Source of the DNA: Shigella phage vB_SdyM_006
Sequence record: MK295204
Strand: one strand, 5' to 3'
Length of the DNA: 64,000 nucleotides
Shown here one piece after another: positions 36,065-46,635 of the stretch. The notes beneath the pieces are model-generated. The model had not been told where the DNA came from. It made no database searches and saw only the letters and a list, made by a program, of their open reading frames with translations. Numbering within the stretch: position 1 is the stretch's first letter; every line of letters begins with the position of its first letter. The position numbers were made by a program, and so were the translations under genes.

Positions 36065-37237
36065 TTATAAGTATTTCTTAAATCCATCTAAAACTTCTGG
36101 ATTAATATCTTCATCAATTTGAGAAATTAAATAAGAATCGATTTCAACTTCTTGAGGTGCTGATTGAACACCTTCAGAATTTAGATATTTAGACATCCAG
36201 ACTAAAGGATTTTTAAGACCTTTATATGGACTATTTAATCCAGCATGACGCATTCGGATATCAGTAATATAGTCTACATAGCCTTTAAGATTTGTATGGT
36301 TTAAACCTGAGACAGTCCCAAATTTAAACAGATCATCTACCCAATCTTTTTCTTGTTGATTTACTTCTAAGAATAATGTAGTAGCTTCTTCTTCAAGTTC
36401 ATCTGCGATTTTTTTCCAGTGTTCGCCTTCTTTACCAGATTGCCATTGACGAATCATATATTGAGTGCCTTTAAGATGTAATTGTTCATCACGGGCAATC
36501 AACTTCATGATTTTGGTATTGCCTTCAAGAACACCTTTGTTTTCGAAGAAATTAAATGTACACGCAAAAGATACATAAAACCGAATAGCTTCTAAAGCAT
36601 TAATGGCATGCATACATAGATATAGTTTACGCATGGCATCATCTAAATCTTTTTCATATCGATTCCAAGCGCCAATTAATTGGAATCCTGTTGGGTCTCG
36701 TTGTTCTTCTTCCTCAATAATGTCTTTAATATTTTCGTATTCTCTGATAGCCTTAATTAAAGAATCATAATATTTTGTGATTGATTCTGCACGAGCCATA
36801 ATAGCATCATCAAGAACAATTTCGTCAAATTCTTTTGATGGGTCTTCATAAAGATTACGCATAATATGAGTATAAGACCTAGAATGAATTGTTTCGCTAA
36901 ATGACCATGTTTGAATCCATGTTTCTAATGAGACATCAGAACAAATAGACAATAAAGCTTCTGATGGACCACGTCCTTGAATAGAATCAAGAAGTGTTTG
37001 ATATTTTAAGTTATTAGTAAAAATTCTTTTTTCGTGTTCAAGTAATTTGTCGTACTGTGATTTGTCTGTCATTAAATTAACTTCTTCTGGCCGCCAAAAA
37101 AAGCTTAAAGCTTTTTCAGTCAAATCTTCAAAGACTCGATGTTTTACTGTTTCGTAACGTGCAATACCTGTTGATTCACCAAAGAACATTGGCTGAGACA
37201 TGATGTCGATTTGTTCTTTATTAAAAATAGTTGCCAT
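36065..37237 (-). CDS. nrdB: ribonucleotide reductase beta subunit (class Ia), uninterrupted
   Basis: Co-linear with T4 NrdB (FFWRPEEVNL, SYTHIMRNLY, EAIRFYVSFACTFNF); single continuous ORF. Confidence 0.95.
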   Translation of the reverse strand: MATIFNKEQIDIMSQPMFFGESTGIARYETVKHRVFEDLTEKALSFFWRPEEVNLMTDKSQYDKLLEHEKRIFTNNLKYQTLLDSIQGRGPSEALLSICSDVSLETWIQTWSFSETIHSRSYTHIMRNLYEDPSKEFDEIVLDDAIMARAESITKYYDSLIKAIREYENIKDIIEEEEQRDPTGFQLIGAWNRYEKDLDDAMRKLYLCMHAINALEAIRFYVSFACTFNFFENKGVLEGNTKIMKLIARDEQLHLKGTQYMIRQWQSGKEGEHWKKIADELEEEATTLFLEVNQQEKDWVDDLFKFGTVSGLNHTNLKGYVDYITDIRMRHAGLNSPYKGLKNPLVWMSKYLNSEGVQSAPQEVEIDSYLISQIDEDINPEVLDGFKKYL

Positions 37238-37377
37238 TTTAATCCTTAATTTTTCTTTTTACAAGGGTCCCATCTTTTACTGCTTTGTCATAAGCAATTT
37301 TAATTAATCGTAGACGTTCCACTTTAGAATTTCTAATTTTGTTAAAATCTATCTCGGACGAATCCGAGATAGTTGTA

Positions 37378-39618
37378 TTATAACTTACAGCTTTCGCAAT
37401 CTGACTGTCCTTGATCTTCATCTTGATTATTACCATCATTAGTATTATGATAATACATAGTTTTTCCACCTAATGACCAGAAGTATAACATATCATCCAT
37501 GATTACGCTCATTGGTACCTTAGATTTTTCATAAATACTTGGAGTGTAATAAGTATTAACAGAAATACTTTGGTCTACAAACTTCTGCATAATAGCAGCT
37601 TGAGTTAAATAACCTTTCATTCCGCGTTTACTTAGGTCCCAGGCATAATCATAAAGATCTTCATTAAACTCAATATTAGGAACAACTTGATTAAACGACC
37701 CGTCTTTAGAAGCTTTAGCTGTTACAGATTTTCTTGGTGGTTCAATACCATTTGTGCTATTAGAAACTTGAGAAGACGATTCACACGGCATTAATGCAGA
37801 TAAAGTACTGTTTCTGATACCATATTTCTTAAGGTCTTTTCTTAAAGATTCCCAATCACAAACATATTCCGGTTTAACAATTTTATCTAAATTTTTATTA
37901 TACCAATCAATAGGTAATAAGCCTTGAGAATACTTAGTTTCGTGATAAAGTTCGCATGGACCTTTTTCTTTAGCTAAATCAACAGAAGCTCTGATTAATG
38001 CATATTGTAGTCGTTCAAATAACTCATGAGTAAACTGTTGTGCATTATCATAATTTAAGAACTGAGAAGCTAACGCCGCTGCATAGTTAGTTACACCCAT
38101 TCCTAATGCTCTACGTTTTTTAGCAATTAAAGCTTTTTCAACAGGATAATCTTGATAATCTAATAAAGCATCTAATGCTCGGACACCGACACGTGCAATT
38201 TTATTAATTTGTTCTTGGTCTTGATAATCAAAAGAATCTAGAACAAATGCACTTAATGTACATAAAGCTATTTCGCCATCAGGTTTGCCTACATCACTTG
38301 TTGGCAATGTAATTTCAGCACATAAATTACTTAATCTGATAGGTGATGTTCTTCTGATAAAAGAACCTTGTCTATTAACATTATCGACAAAGAACGGATA
38401 AATTCTTGCAGTGTTAGCTCGTTCAGTTAATAGAATAGAAAATACTTCTGAAGCCTTAATTCGTTTTTTACGAATATTAGGGTCTTTTTCTGCTGCTTCA
38501 TATAAATTACGGAATTTCTCTTCATCAGAAAAATATGAATCATACATTCCTTGGACTTCATGTGGGCTGAACAGAGTAATATAATCGTTATTAATTAAAC
38601 GTTCAATCATAAGGTTATTAATTTGAATTCCATAGTCAAGATGTCGAATACGGTTTTCTTCAATGCCTTTATTATTTTTTAGAACAAGCAATTTTTCTAA
38701 TTCAAGATGCCAAATTGGATAATATAATGTAGCAGACCCACCACGAATACCACCTTGAGAACAACTTTTTACAGAAGCCAAATGAGTTTTCCAGAAAGGA
38801 ATAACGCCAGTGTGTCTTACTTCGCCTGAACCAATTTTAGAACCTTCAGCACGATACATACCAGCATTAATGCCAATCCCAGCTCGTTTAGAAATATATT
38901 TGATAATTGAACGGTTTGTTTCATTAATAGAATCTAATGAGTCACCACTATCAATAACAACACAAGAGCTAAATTGACGAGTAGGTGTTCGTACACCAGC
39001 TAAAATAGGTGTAGGTAATGATAATTGTTTATCCGAGACTACGTCATAGAATTCAATGACCTGGTTTAATCGATTATTAGTTTCTTCTTGGAATAAGCAC
39101 ATCCCAATTAGCATAAATGCATATTGAGGAGTCTCGTAAATAATTCCAGTCGAACGGTCTTTAACTAAGTATTTACTTATTAATTGCATTGTCCCTGCAT
39201 AAGTAAATTTAAAATCTTTATCATGATTGATATGATTTTCTAATTCTTCAATTTCTTGTGCTGTATATTTACTTAAAATCTCAGAATCATATAATCCCAG
39301 GTTTACATTACGAGAAATTAATTCAATAAATGGAATAGGATTAGATTGTCCATATACTTTTTTACGTAATGCAATATGCTCTAAATTAGAAGCCACATAC
39401 TGATAATCTGGGGTTTCTTTTGAAATATTAGAAGCAGCAACTTTAATAATTGTTCGTTGAATCTGCTCTGTGGTCATATTATCTGTAAACATTGGTCTAG
39501 AGATTTCCATTACTTCATATGGGTCCACTGATGTATTTCTGCATGCAATCTCTAGTACATTAATAATTTTAGATTCGTCAAAATCTTGAGTTACACCTGA
39601 TGATTTAATTACTTTCAT
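37378..39618 (-). CDS. nrdA: ribonucleotide reductase alpha subunit (class Ia)
   Basis: 746 aa, ATP-cone N-terminus, C-terminal CESC; upstream of nrdB as in T4. Confidence 0.9.
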   Translation of the reverse strand: MKVIKSSGVTQDFDESKIINVLEIACRNTSVDPYEVMEISRPMFTDNMTTEQIQRTIIKVAASNISKETPDYQYVASNLEHIALRKKVYGQSNPIPFIELISRNVNLGLYDSEILSKYTAQEIEELENHINHDKDFKFTYAGTMQLISKYLVKDRSTGIIYETPQYAFMLIGMCLFQEETNNRLNQVIEFYDVVSDKQLSLPTPILAGVRTPTRQFSSCVVIDSGDSLDSINETNRSIIKYISKRAGIGINAGMYRAEGSKIGSGEVRHTGVIPFWKTHLASVKSCSQGGIRGGSATLYYPIWHLELEKLLVLKNNKGIEENRIRHLDYGIQINNLMIERLINNDYITLFSPHEVQGMYDSYFSDEEKFRNLYEAAEKDPNIRKKRIKASEVFSILLTERANTARIYPFFVDNVNRQGSFIRRTSPIRLSNLCAEITLPTSDVGKPDGEIALCTLSAFVLDSFDYQDQEQINKIARVGVRALDALLDYQDYPVEKALIAKKRRALGMGVTNYAAALASQFLNYDNAQQFTHELFERLQYALIRASVDLAKEKGPCELYHETKYSQGLLPIDWYNKNLDKIVKPEYVCDWESLRKDLKKYGIRNSTLSALMPCESSSQVSNSTNGIEPPRKSVTAKASKDGSFNQVVPNIEFNEDLYDYAWDLSKRGMKGYLTQAAIMQKFVDQSISVNTYYTPSIYEKSKVPMSVIMDDMLYFWSLGGKTMYYHNTNDGNNQDEDQGQSDCESCKL

Positions 39619-39629
39619 TTTATTCCTTT

Positions 39630-40196
39630 CTAGATATAATATTGATCTATTTTTCTAATATGGCTTTTAATAAACGAACTTAATATGGATGACAATTTTA
39701 TAGAATTTTCTACATTGTAACACCCCATAATCTTTTTATCACAAGATGCTAAAGAAAACATATAAACAGGTTCTTTGTTTTCATCATTTAAATAATTAAC
39801 AATAGATACAGCAGAAGAAAAATGGTTATTGTTTTTATCATCTGTTAAAAAATCTTTGATACATATTTCTGTCTTAGATTCTGCATGGTATTTCCAACTA
39901 TCTAGATATTTCACAAGTTTATTAAGCTTAGTTTTATAATGGGATAAAATTTTATCTGCACATATTTTATTAGGGGTTTTACCGTATGAATAAAAACTTG
40001 GTGTGTGTAAAATAATATGTCTAGTCCCGAAATTAAATCCTATAGATGCCACTAAATTTATAGGTCTATTTTTATTTCTTATCTTTTTGTATTCTAAAGA
40101 AACAGATTCTGATAAAACAATCCATTCGGATTCGTTAATTTCATAAAAAGCATTATTTGATATTTCTGTGGAAATATCAGTTTTATTAATATACAT
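39630..40196 (-). CDS. hypothetical protein (about 188 aa)
   Basis: Track start is TTG at 40241; ATG at 40196 avoids overlap with upstream gene. Confidence 0.45.
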   Translation of the reverse strand: MYINKTDISTEISNNAFYEINESEWIVLSESVSLEYKKIRNKNRPINLVASIGFNFGTRHIILHTPSFYSYGKTPNKICADKILSHYKTKLNKLVKYLDSWKYHAESKTEICIKDFLTDDKNNNHFSSAVSIVNYLNDENKEPVYMFSLASCDKKIMGCYNVENSIKLSSILSSFIKSHIRKIDQYYI

Positions 40197-40203
40197 AAAA
40201 GTC

Positions 40204-40488
40204 TCACAAATATATTTTATCATTAAACAGTTTATTAACAACTTCGGCTATTATATCACCATGGCATGGCTTAGGATAACATGTGCAACCAAGTCTAGAG
40301 CCTCTTAAAACTTCAAGATGATGTTTATTTATTTCGCCAGTTTTTATTTTATTAAGAAAATATGGGATAAACCTTTTGATGTTTTCTTCTCTAGTTCCAT
40401 CTTTAAAAGGATTACCCCACATTGTCCCTCTTTGAATATTAATATCAAAGTCAGAGTTATATTTATTAACGACTCTACAATGTTTCAT
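40204..40488 (-). CDS. DUF4326-like small protein
   Basis: WGNPF near N-terminus and LGCTCYPKPCHGDI near C-terminus fit the DUF4326 pattern as recalled. Confidence 0.5.
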   Translation of the reverse strand: MKHCRVVNKYNSDFDINIQRGTMWGNPFKDGTREENIKRFIPYFLNKIKTGEINKHHLEVLRGSRLGCTCYPKPCHGDIIAEVVNKLFNDKIYL

Positions 40489-40649
40489 TAACTATACATT
40501 AAAGGAAGAATTACAACAAACAATAATAGCATAATTAATAATAATTCCATTATATCTCCTTAAACCAAGGTTGGGTTTCTTCATACAAAAATCCGGCCAT
40601 TAAACAAATAACAGGAAACCAAATAATAAAAGCTATTAAATATTCCATG

Positions 40650-40997
40650 TTAGTCCTTTGGCTTCATGAATTCTAATAAAGCTTCTTTAAGTTCGCTAAT
40701 ATTAAGCCAGGCATTAAATTCTGATTTATATTCTCTAAAGTCTATAATATATTCTAAAGGAACAATAGAACCCAATTTTAGTTCATGTGTATAATCAAAC
40801 AGTAACGTTGAACCAGAATAACAACTAATTTTTAAATTTTCGTATTCGTTATAATTAAATTCAATTGTCTTATCAAATGGGTCTACATCATACAATAATT
40901 CGCATTTATACAATTCGGAACAAAGGGATTCTACAGAATCCCAAATTCCTAAAGTGTGCTCATAATCATCATAGACCGCTTGGACTAAAAAATTCAT
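40650..40997 (-). CDS. hypothetical protein (115 aa)
   Basis: ORF. Confidence 0.45.
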   Translation of the reverse strand: MNFLVQAVYDDYEHTLGIWDSVESLCSELYKCELLYDVDPFDKTIEFNYNEYENLKISCYSGSTLLFDYTHELKLGSIVPLEYIIDFREYKSEFNAWLNISELKEALLEFMKPKD

Positions 40998-41005
40998 AAT
41001 ATTTC

Positions 41006-41857
41006 CTATACACTGAAAGGGTATTTAATAGCAGGGTGATATTGATAATCTTGTACTTCAAAATCATCTACAGTGACCCAGGTTTCAATATCTTCTAATG
41101 ATCTGATATTATCATTAATAATAAGTTTAGGTGCATTAAACGGCGTCCTAGACACATGCTCTGGGACTAAAGATAATTGGTCTTCATAGATATGGGCATT
41201 TGTTATCTTATGAAACACTTTACCAGGTTTATTTGCTGTAATCTGGGCCATTAAATGTAAAAGCACATAACACTGAATCATATTAAAATTTAAACCTAAT
41301 GGGACATCACATGATCTTTGGTATGAAGTTAAATATAAAGTCCCATTAACGAGAGAAAAATTATGGGTATGCATACAAGGACGTAAACAACCTAAGTCAA
41401 ATTCTCCTGGATTCCAGAACGTTAGGATTTCTCCACGATCATCAGTTCCTTCACTTAAATTATCATAGATTTTTCTGAGTTGGTCAATAGTGCTATTAGG
41501 TCCTTGCCATTGTCGTCCTTGAACACCATAAACACGGCCCATATCGTCTTCACCTTTGCGATGAGGGTTATTTAGCCATGCTTGATTTTCATTAGCGTTT
41601 GCATTCCATGTATTACAACCAATTTCACGAAATTGCGCTGCATTGTCGTAACCACGAAGATATCCTAACAGTTCAGCAATAGCAGCTTTATAAAAGCTTT
41701 TACGAGTTGTATCAATTGGGAATTCAGAATATTCTAGGTCGGCATTAATAATAACACGACAAAATTTTCCAGTTCGTTTATTATATACGTCTTGGCCTTC
41801 ATTATAAATCTTTTTTAATAATTGTTGATACTGATTCTTTTCTAAGATCTTTTCCAT
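41006..41857 (-). CDS. td: thymidylate synthase family protein, uninterrupted
   Basis: [29 protein letters not shown] align with ThyA; active-site region reads LRPCMH not the usual PCH; position between frd and nrdA. Confidence 0.8.
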   Translation of the reverse strand: MEKILEKNQYQQLLKKIYNEGQDVYNKRTGKFCRVIINADLEYSEFPIDTTRKSFYKAAIAELLGYLRGYDNAAQFREIGCNTWNANANENQAWLNNPHRKGEDDMGRVYGVQGRQWQGPNSTIDQLRKIYDNLSEGTDDRGEILTFWNPGEFDLGCLRPCMHTHNFSLVNGTLYLTSYQRSCDVPLGLNFNMIQCYVLLHLMAQITANKPGKVFHKITNAHIYEDQLSLVPEHVSRTPFNAPKLIINDNIRSLEDIETWVTVDDFEVQDYQYHPAIKYPFSV

Positions 41858-42147
41858 TTATTATCACTCACGTACACCAATTGTTTAAAAGATAGTTTAA
41901 GCTGTTCTATAGATACTTTAGAATCCGCTGTAACGAATTCTAATTCACCCATTCCTAGCATTTTACCATCAACCCAAAGTTCAATACATGTCATGTCCCA
42001 CCAATTTTTTCTAGAATTCAAGAAATCTCTAACTTGTTCTAAGTTAGAGAAAACTCCTGCGTTTCTAGAGGATTCACACATATTATGGTCAACAACAATA
42101 AGTATCTTCGACATTTTTATCCACCAAAACAAAATAAATTTGCTCAC
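41842..42147 (-). CDS. hypothetical protein
   Basis: ORF; start uncertain. Confidence 0.4.
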   Translation of the reverse strand: MSKFILFWWIKMSKILIVVDHNMCESSRNAGVFSNLEQVRDFLNSRKNWWDMTCIELWVDGKMLGMGELEFVTADSKVSIEQLKLSFKQLVYVSDNKWKRS

Positions 42148-42496
42148 CTTGTTTAATAAAATATCCGTAGATTTTTACTTCAGTATCTTTAACTTTAACA
42201 TACCCTTCAGAAACGGCTTTTGTTATGTCAAATAGTGTAGTACGAATATAAACCAAGCCATCTTTAGTTCTAATAGATGTACATGATGAATTTATATTTG
42301 AGCCAAGTTCTTTTATATCACAAGAAATCTCATAAATACCATGGTGTAATTCTCGTTCTTGACAATTTCTATAATTAGATTTAAAAGTTTTTAAAGAAAT
42401 AGAATCTAAAAAGAATGTTCTTGAAGGAGGCGCTTTAACTAATTTCCATGAGCACATTGGTTGTACAAACTTTTTATACAATTTAATTTCAGCCAT
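42089..42496 (-). CDS. hypothetical protein, tandem paralog (135 aa)
   Basis: Shares W.LV.APK, HG.YE, ISEG with next ORF. Confidence 0.5.
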   Translation of the reverse strand: MAEIKLYKKFVQPMCSWKLVKAPPSRTFFLDSISLKTFKSNYRNCQERELHHGIYEISCDIKELGSNINSSCTSIRTKDGLVYIRTTLFDITKAVSEGYVKVKDTEVKIYGYFIKQGEQIYFVLVDKNVEDTYCC

Positions 42497-42890
42497 TATT
42501 CAAGTCCTCATTTATTAAAGGATAAAGACAAATAATACGGCCATTTTTTCTAAAGATACCTTTAACTGTAATTAAGTTATTTTCAATTTTAGTATGTCCT
42601 TCAGAAATAGATTTAAAAAGACGACATAAACATGTGTCCATTTTAACAGCTCGTTTATCTGTGATATCTGAATTTGTCAAATATAAATCGTGTCCATTAC
42701 CGCCATATTCTCTATCAATTTTATAATTTTTTAATTCGTAGACACCATGCGGCATAACATCAACATGTTCTTTTCGTATTAAAGATTTATACCCATCGAT
42801 AGTAAGGTCTTTAAAGAATAAGAAATGTTCTTTAGGTGCTTCTACAAGAACCCAATTATTTTGTTCTTCAAATCTGTGAATTAGTTGCAT
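42489..42890 (-). CDS. hypothetical protein, tandem paralog (133 aa)
   Basis: See previous feature. Confidence 0.5.
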   Translation of the reverse strand: MQLIHRFEEQNNWVLVEAPKEHFLFFKDLTIDGYKSLIRKEHVDVMPHGVYELKNYKIDREYGGNGHDLYLTNSDITDKRAVKMDTCLCRLFKSISEGHTKIENNLITVKGIFRKNGRIICLYPLINEDLNNG

Positions 42891-43510
42891 ACTCGTTCCA
42901 GTATAGTTTCTTCGATATAATTTTTAATATCGATATCGTTAAAATAATCAGTAACATATAAATGAGATTCTACTAACTTAAATTTAGCGTATCCACTCAA
43001 ATATTGCCCAATAGATTTATCTAAAAATGTATCTGCAGGATTTGTATCTGCATGTAAAACAGAAGTCCAAATAATCCTATCACAAAATTCAAATGAAGCT
43101 TCGATTAAACGTTTACCACCTATAATAGAAACTAAGTTCTTAGGGTTCTTGTTGTTAAATGTTGGAGCAACTTCGGCTTCTTTACAGATTTGTTCTAATT
43201 CATAAGGACCCCATGGTCCTACTATTTCTTTATCAGCAGGTTTTCCGTCTAATGAAAGTAGTTCACCTCTAGGGTCATCAACAAGAACAATAGAAATTCG
43301 GTCTTTCAATTTAGGCATAGACATAAATGTTTTAGGGCCCATGATAACATACGAATCAATTTGAGACGTAACAGGAACCATTCTAGGAGCTATAGTTCTT
43401 GATCTGAAGTTATCCATATCTTTTTTAATACGTGGCCAAGGAAGGGTTCCTTTGAATCCTATTCCGTATCCTTTCTGGTCGTATTGAGTTGCAAAAACGG
43501 TCTGAATCAT
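42881..43510 (-). CDS. frd: dihydrofolate reductase
   Basis: GFKGTLPW and VIMGPKTF resemble DHFR motifs; adjacent to td. Confidence 0.75.
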   Translation of the reverse strand: MIQTVFATQYDQKGYGIGFKGTLPWPRIKKDMDNFRSRTIAPRMVPVTSQIDSYVIMGPKTFMSMPKLKDRISIVLVDDPRGELLSLDGKPADKEIVGPWGPYELEQICKEAEVAPTFNNKNPKNLVSIIGGKRLIEASFEFCDRIIWTSVLHADTNPADTFLDKSIGQYLSGYAKFKLVESHLYVTDYFNDIDIKNYIEETILERVCN

Positions 43511-43544
43511 AGAATCTCCAAAGGGACTTTCGTCCTTTAATTTA

Positions 43545-43895
43545 TTAAGCTAGCCAAAAATCTTTATTCGTACCAAAAATATTAATTGTGACCTTATCAG
43601 CAGTCTCATCATATTTTTTATTAACTAAAACTAGGTCATCAATCTTGTGACATACACGAAGTTTCTTATAAAAATAATTTAATATTTCATAAAGTTCTTT
43701 TGTTTCTTCACGCGGTTCGTTAGACATACAATAACAACGAATAGCAGATAAATCATATCCAAATTCTTCTGGGCCCATAAGTTTTGCATTAATTTCTGCA
43801 GGGTCAACATCTTTATAACAACACATAGGGTAGACAGTCCCATCCATGTCACGAAATTTGAAGCCGTAATCTGCCAGTGTTTTTAAAGTTTTCAT
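43545..43895 (-). CDS. hypothetical protein (116 aa)
   Basis: ORF. Confidence 0.45.
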   Translation of the reverse strand: MKTLKTLADYGFKFRDMDGTVYPMCCYKDVDPAEINAKLMGPEEFGYDLSAIRCYCMSNEPREETKELYEILNYFYKKLRVCHKIDDLVLVNKKYDETADKVTINIFGTNKDFWLA

Positions 43896-43902
43896 ATTGT
43901 TC

Positions 43903-44406
43903 TCACATTTTTACCAAAGTTTCTTTTAAAAATTCATATGCACTGATGAAGTCTTTTTCTTCAGTATATCCAAGTTCAGGTATTTCAATAGAAGGGTCTT
44001 TAAATCTAGCTTCAAGAGTTTTTATCATTTTCTTGACACCTTTTTTATCTAAAAATACCGCTTTACCTGGTGTATATAAATTCGCAGAATACACTTTATG
44101 CTTAGTGGGCCCATCTACAATCTTACCTTCATCTAAAGGTTCTAAAAACTGTATTGTAAATTGAGTAAACAAATAAGGTGTAATAACCCATGGAACAAAT
44201 ACACCATCAACACAGAGTCGATAACAAGATTGATTAATTCGTTTAAGCCCAAATTCAACATCCCATTTACTAAAATCATTATTTGTAATATAATTAGCAA
44301 TTTGAGTATTTTGAACTCCATTTTTAGCATTAATGAATTTATTAAAATCTTCTTTAGATTTAAATTTGTACCGACATACGTTTTTAAGGTTTTTAGGCTG
44401 TTTCAT
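43903..44406 (-). CDS. hypothetical protein (167 aa)
   Basis: ATG with GAGG RBS; early promoter upstream. Confidence 0.5.
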   Translation of the reverse strand: MKQPKNLKNVCRYKFKSKEDFNKFINAKNGVQNTQIANYITNNDFSKWDVEFGLKRINQSCYRLCVDGVFVPWVITPYLFTQFTIQFLEPLDEGKIVDGPTKHKVYSANLYTPGKAVFLDKKGVKKMIKTLEARFKDPSIEIPELGYTEEKDFISAYEFLKETLVKM

Positions 44407-44434
44407 AATCTACCTCATTTGTTTTGATGTGTCC

Positions 44435-44463
44435 ATAATATCACGCTAAAAATCTTTGTAAAC
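44435..44463 (-). promoter_or_regulatory. T4-type early promoter
   Basis: Minus strand GTTTAC, 17 nt, TATTAT, just after gp32 terminator. Confidence 0.55.
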
Positions 44464-44482
44464 ATTTATTTTCTATAAAACC

Positions 44483-44508
44483 AAAAAAGGAACCCGAAGG
44501 TTCCTTTT
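44483..44508 (-). terminator. intrinsic terminator after gene 32
   Basis: Minus strand AGGAACC-TTCG-GGTTCCT then TTTTTT. Confidence 0.6.
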
Positions 44509-44517
44509 ATTAAGAAA

Positions 44518-45414
44518 TTAGATGAGTTCGTTTAAAATATCATCAACTGACTGGTCAGTCATTGAGCTTTCACCCAAATCAACTGGTTCGTTAAATGAAG
44601 ACATTTGACTAGAAAAATCATCTTGAGCAGATAAATTATCTAATTCGGCATCAATATCAGCAGAAGCATTTGATGCAGAACCTGCAACCATTCCAACACC
44701 CATAACTTGTTTAAACTTAGTTTCTAACTCAGCATAAGGTTTAAACTGGTCTTTAGCAACGATAGCTTGTAAATCTACACATTGATCAATAATTGATTTT
44801 TGAACAGCTTCATCATCAATATTAGGAATTTCTGATTGTGCATAGAACTTACAGTCATCATAATTAGGGAAATTACTTACTTTTTTAACTTTAAGAGCAA
44901 AGTTAGCACCTTCAAAAGGACAGAAAATATTTACTGGTGTCTCACCCATTTCGATATCAACGTTTGCCATAGAATCAATCTTATCCATGATTTTTTGACC
45001 GAAACGATATTTAAATACTTTACCTTCATTTTCAGGAGCACTTGGGTCTTTAACAACTAAAATATTAGCCCAATAAGAATGTTTACGTTTAATCAGTTTA
45101 TATTCTTCTGGATTAGTATTGTATGAGTCTTTTTCTGTTAAATATTTACACACTGGGCATGAATCATAATCGCCGTGTGTAGAACTACAATTATTGATAT
45201 ACCATTTACCATTTTTCTTAAAACCATGATTTGTTAGTTTAACAAATGGAGTAGCATTATCATCTTTAGCTGGTAAAAAACGAATTACTGCGTTACCATT
45301 ACCTGCGGCATCAGTTTTTAATTTCCATTCGTTTTTATCTTCGTTTTGAAAACCACCACCTTTTAAGCCAGCTAATTGTTCTTGAAGTTCTGTTACTGAT
45401 TTACGTTTAAACAT
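44518..45414 (-). CDS. 32: single-stranded DNA-binding protein gp32
   Basis: [51 protein letters not shown] match T4 gp32. Confidence 0.95.
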   Translation of the reverse strand: MFKRKSVTELQEQLAGLKGGGFQNEDKNEWKLKTDAAGNGNAVIRFLPAKDDNATPFVKLTNHGFKKNGKWYINNCSSTHGDYDSCPVCKYLTEKDSYNTNPEEYKLIKRKHSYWANILVVKDPSAPENEGKVFKYRFGQKIMDKIDSMANVDIEMGETPVNIFCPFEGANFALKVKKVSNFPNYDDCKFYAQSEIPNIDDEAVQKSIIDQCVDLQAIVAKDQFKPYAELETKFKQVMGVGMVAGSASNASADIDAELDNLSAQDDFSSQMSSFNEPVDLGESSMTDQSVDDILNELI

Positions 45415-45455
45415 ACTTTTACCTTTATATTATTTACAGTTTTACTTTATTTACT

Positions 45456-46109
45456 TTAATATTTACATGCATTGATTGTTTCAACAAAAACTTTCTTTGC
45501 CGTTTCACTATCTATTTCTAGAAGTTTTTTATATGAACTTAATTTAGTTGAATATGTAGACCAAACTAAGTCAGTCGAACATTGGTCATGTTTATTTATA
45601 ATACCTAAAAACGAATCAAGTAAAATAAAAGTTTCATAACCAATGATATTAGATTGGAGAAGTTTGAATATATAAGATGTTTGTGTTTTAGTATTATATT
45701 CAAATATATCTTTAAGCGAACTTACATTTATCTTTTTAGAGAAGTAATAAATGTTTTTAAGGTCTTCTTTATAAACATCAGAAAGACCTTGTAATTTACC
45801 AATATATTCTCTATAAAATACCAAGGCGTCGGCGTCGGATATTTCACCTATCCAAGCATCTTGGTTAGCTACTAAATTAGAAATAAAAATATAAACAAGT
45901 TCATTAAGTTTATATTTATCAGAAAGTTTTTCAAAAAAATATTTATCACGACGTTTATTATAAGCCGCATCCGATATACGCATTGTCCAGTTATACTTAA
46001 TTACATCGTATTTACCGTTCATATGATTTTTTAACATCAAATATAATTGGTACACACTTTTACCGGTAATATATCTATTTGAATTATGTGGAATACGGAC
46101 TTTAATCAT
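45456..46109 (-). CDS. 59: helicase loader gp59
   Basis: 217 aa, co-linear with T4 gp59 (GKSVYQLYLMLKNHMNGKYDVIKYNW, ISNLVANQDAWIG). Confidence 0.95.
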   Translation of the reverse strand: MIKVRIPHNSNRYITGKSVYQLYLMLKNHMNGKYDVIKYNWTMRISDAAYNKRRDKYFFEKLSDKYKLNELVYIFISNLVANQDAWIGEISDADALVFYREYIGKLQGLSDVYKEDLKNIYYFSKKINVSSLKDIFEYNTKTQTSYIFKLLQSNIIGYETFILLDSFLGIINKHDQCSTDLVWSTYSTKLSSYKKLLEIDSETAKKVFVETINACKY

Positions 46110-46113
46110 AATA

Positions 46114-46383
46114 TTAAAATAAGAAATCTAATGTATTCATTGTAAAAGATTTACGAACAGATGGACGAAGCTCGTTGTTTTCTAAAGCTTCTTTAGTAAT
46201 TTTATCAACTATAGCACCTGGTAAATACTTATTACATAAATTGTATGGAATAGAATTTTCTTCTAACCAATTTGTAGAAGCTTCTAAATAAGAAGCTCCT
46301 TCTTTAACTTTTTGTTCAATTAAAGCTCCAACTAATGTTGGGTCTTCTATATCAATATTATTGGTTTGGGAACAAAGAGTCAT
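46114..46383 (-). CDS. 33: late transcription co-activator gp33-like
   Basis: 89 aa between 59 and dsbA; synteny only. Confidence 0.5.
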   Translation of the reverse strand: MTLCSQTNNIDIEDPTLVGALIEQKVKEGASYLEASTNWLEENSIPYNLCNKYLPGAIVDKITKEALENNELRPSVRKSFTMNTLDFLF

Positions 46384-46627
46384 ATAAATCTAATGCCTCG
46401 TCAGTTTCTGCTTCGAATCGTTCACGAGTTTGTTTATGGTAAATTGCAAATACACGATTCCACATTTTAGAATCAACACCTAATTCGTCTTTGGCTTGGT
46501 TTTTAATGTCTTTAATTTTTTCGGCGTATCCTTCCATAATAGTTTTTTGGTCAGATGCATCTTTAATCATTGCTGCTAATTTTTCACCATGGACTGCTTC
46601 ATCAAATTCAATTTTTTCTTTAGACAT
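46358..46627 (-). CDS. dsbA: dsDNA-binding protein DsbA-like
   Basis: 89 aa (T4 DsbA 89 aa) between rnh and 33; synteny. Confidence 0.5.
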   Translation of the reverse strand: MSKEKIEFDEAVHGEKLAAMIKDASDQKTIMEGYAEKIKDIKNQAKDELGVDSKMWNRVFAIYHKQTRERFEAETDEALDLYDSLFPNQ

Positions 46628-46635
46628 AATTACCT

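Noticed and set aside
36065-37237. Group I intron or homing endonuclease in nrdB or td as in T4
   Set aside because: Both genes are continuous ORFs aligning end to end with their homologs; no intron-sized insert.
37239-37469. 76-aa ORF between nrdB and nrdA
   Set aside because: Overlaps the 3' end of nrdA by about 90 nt in another frame and starts on an alternative codon; most likely spurious.
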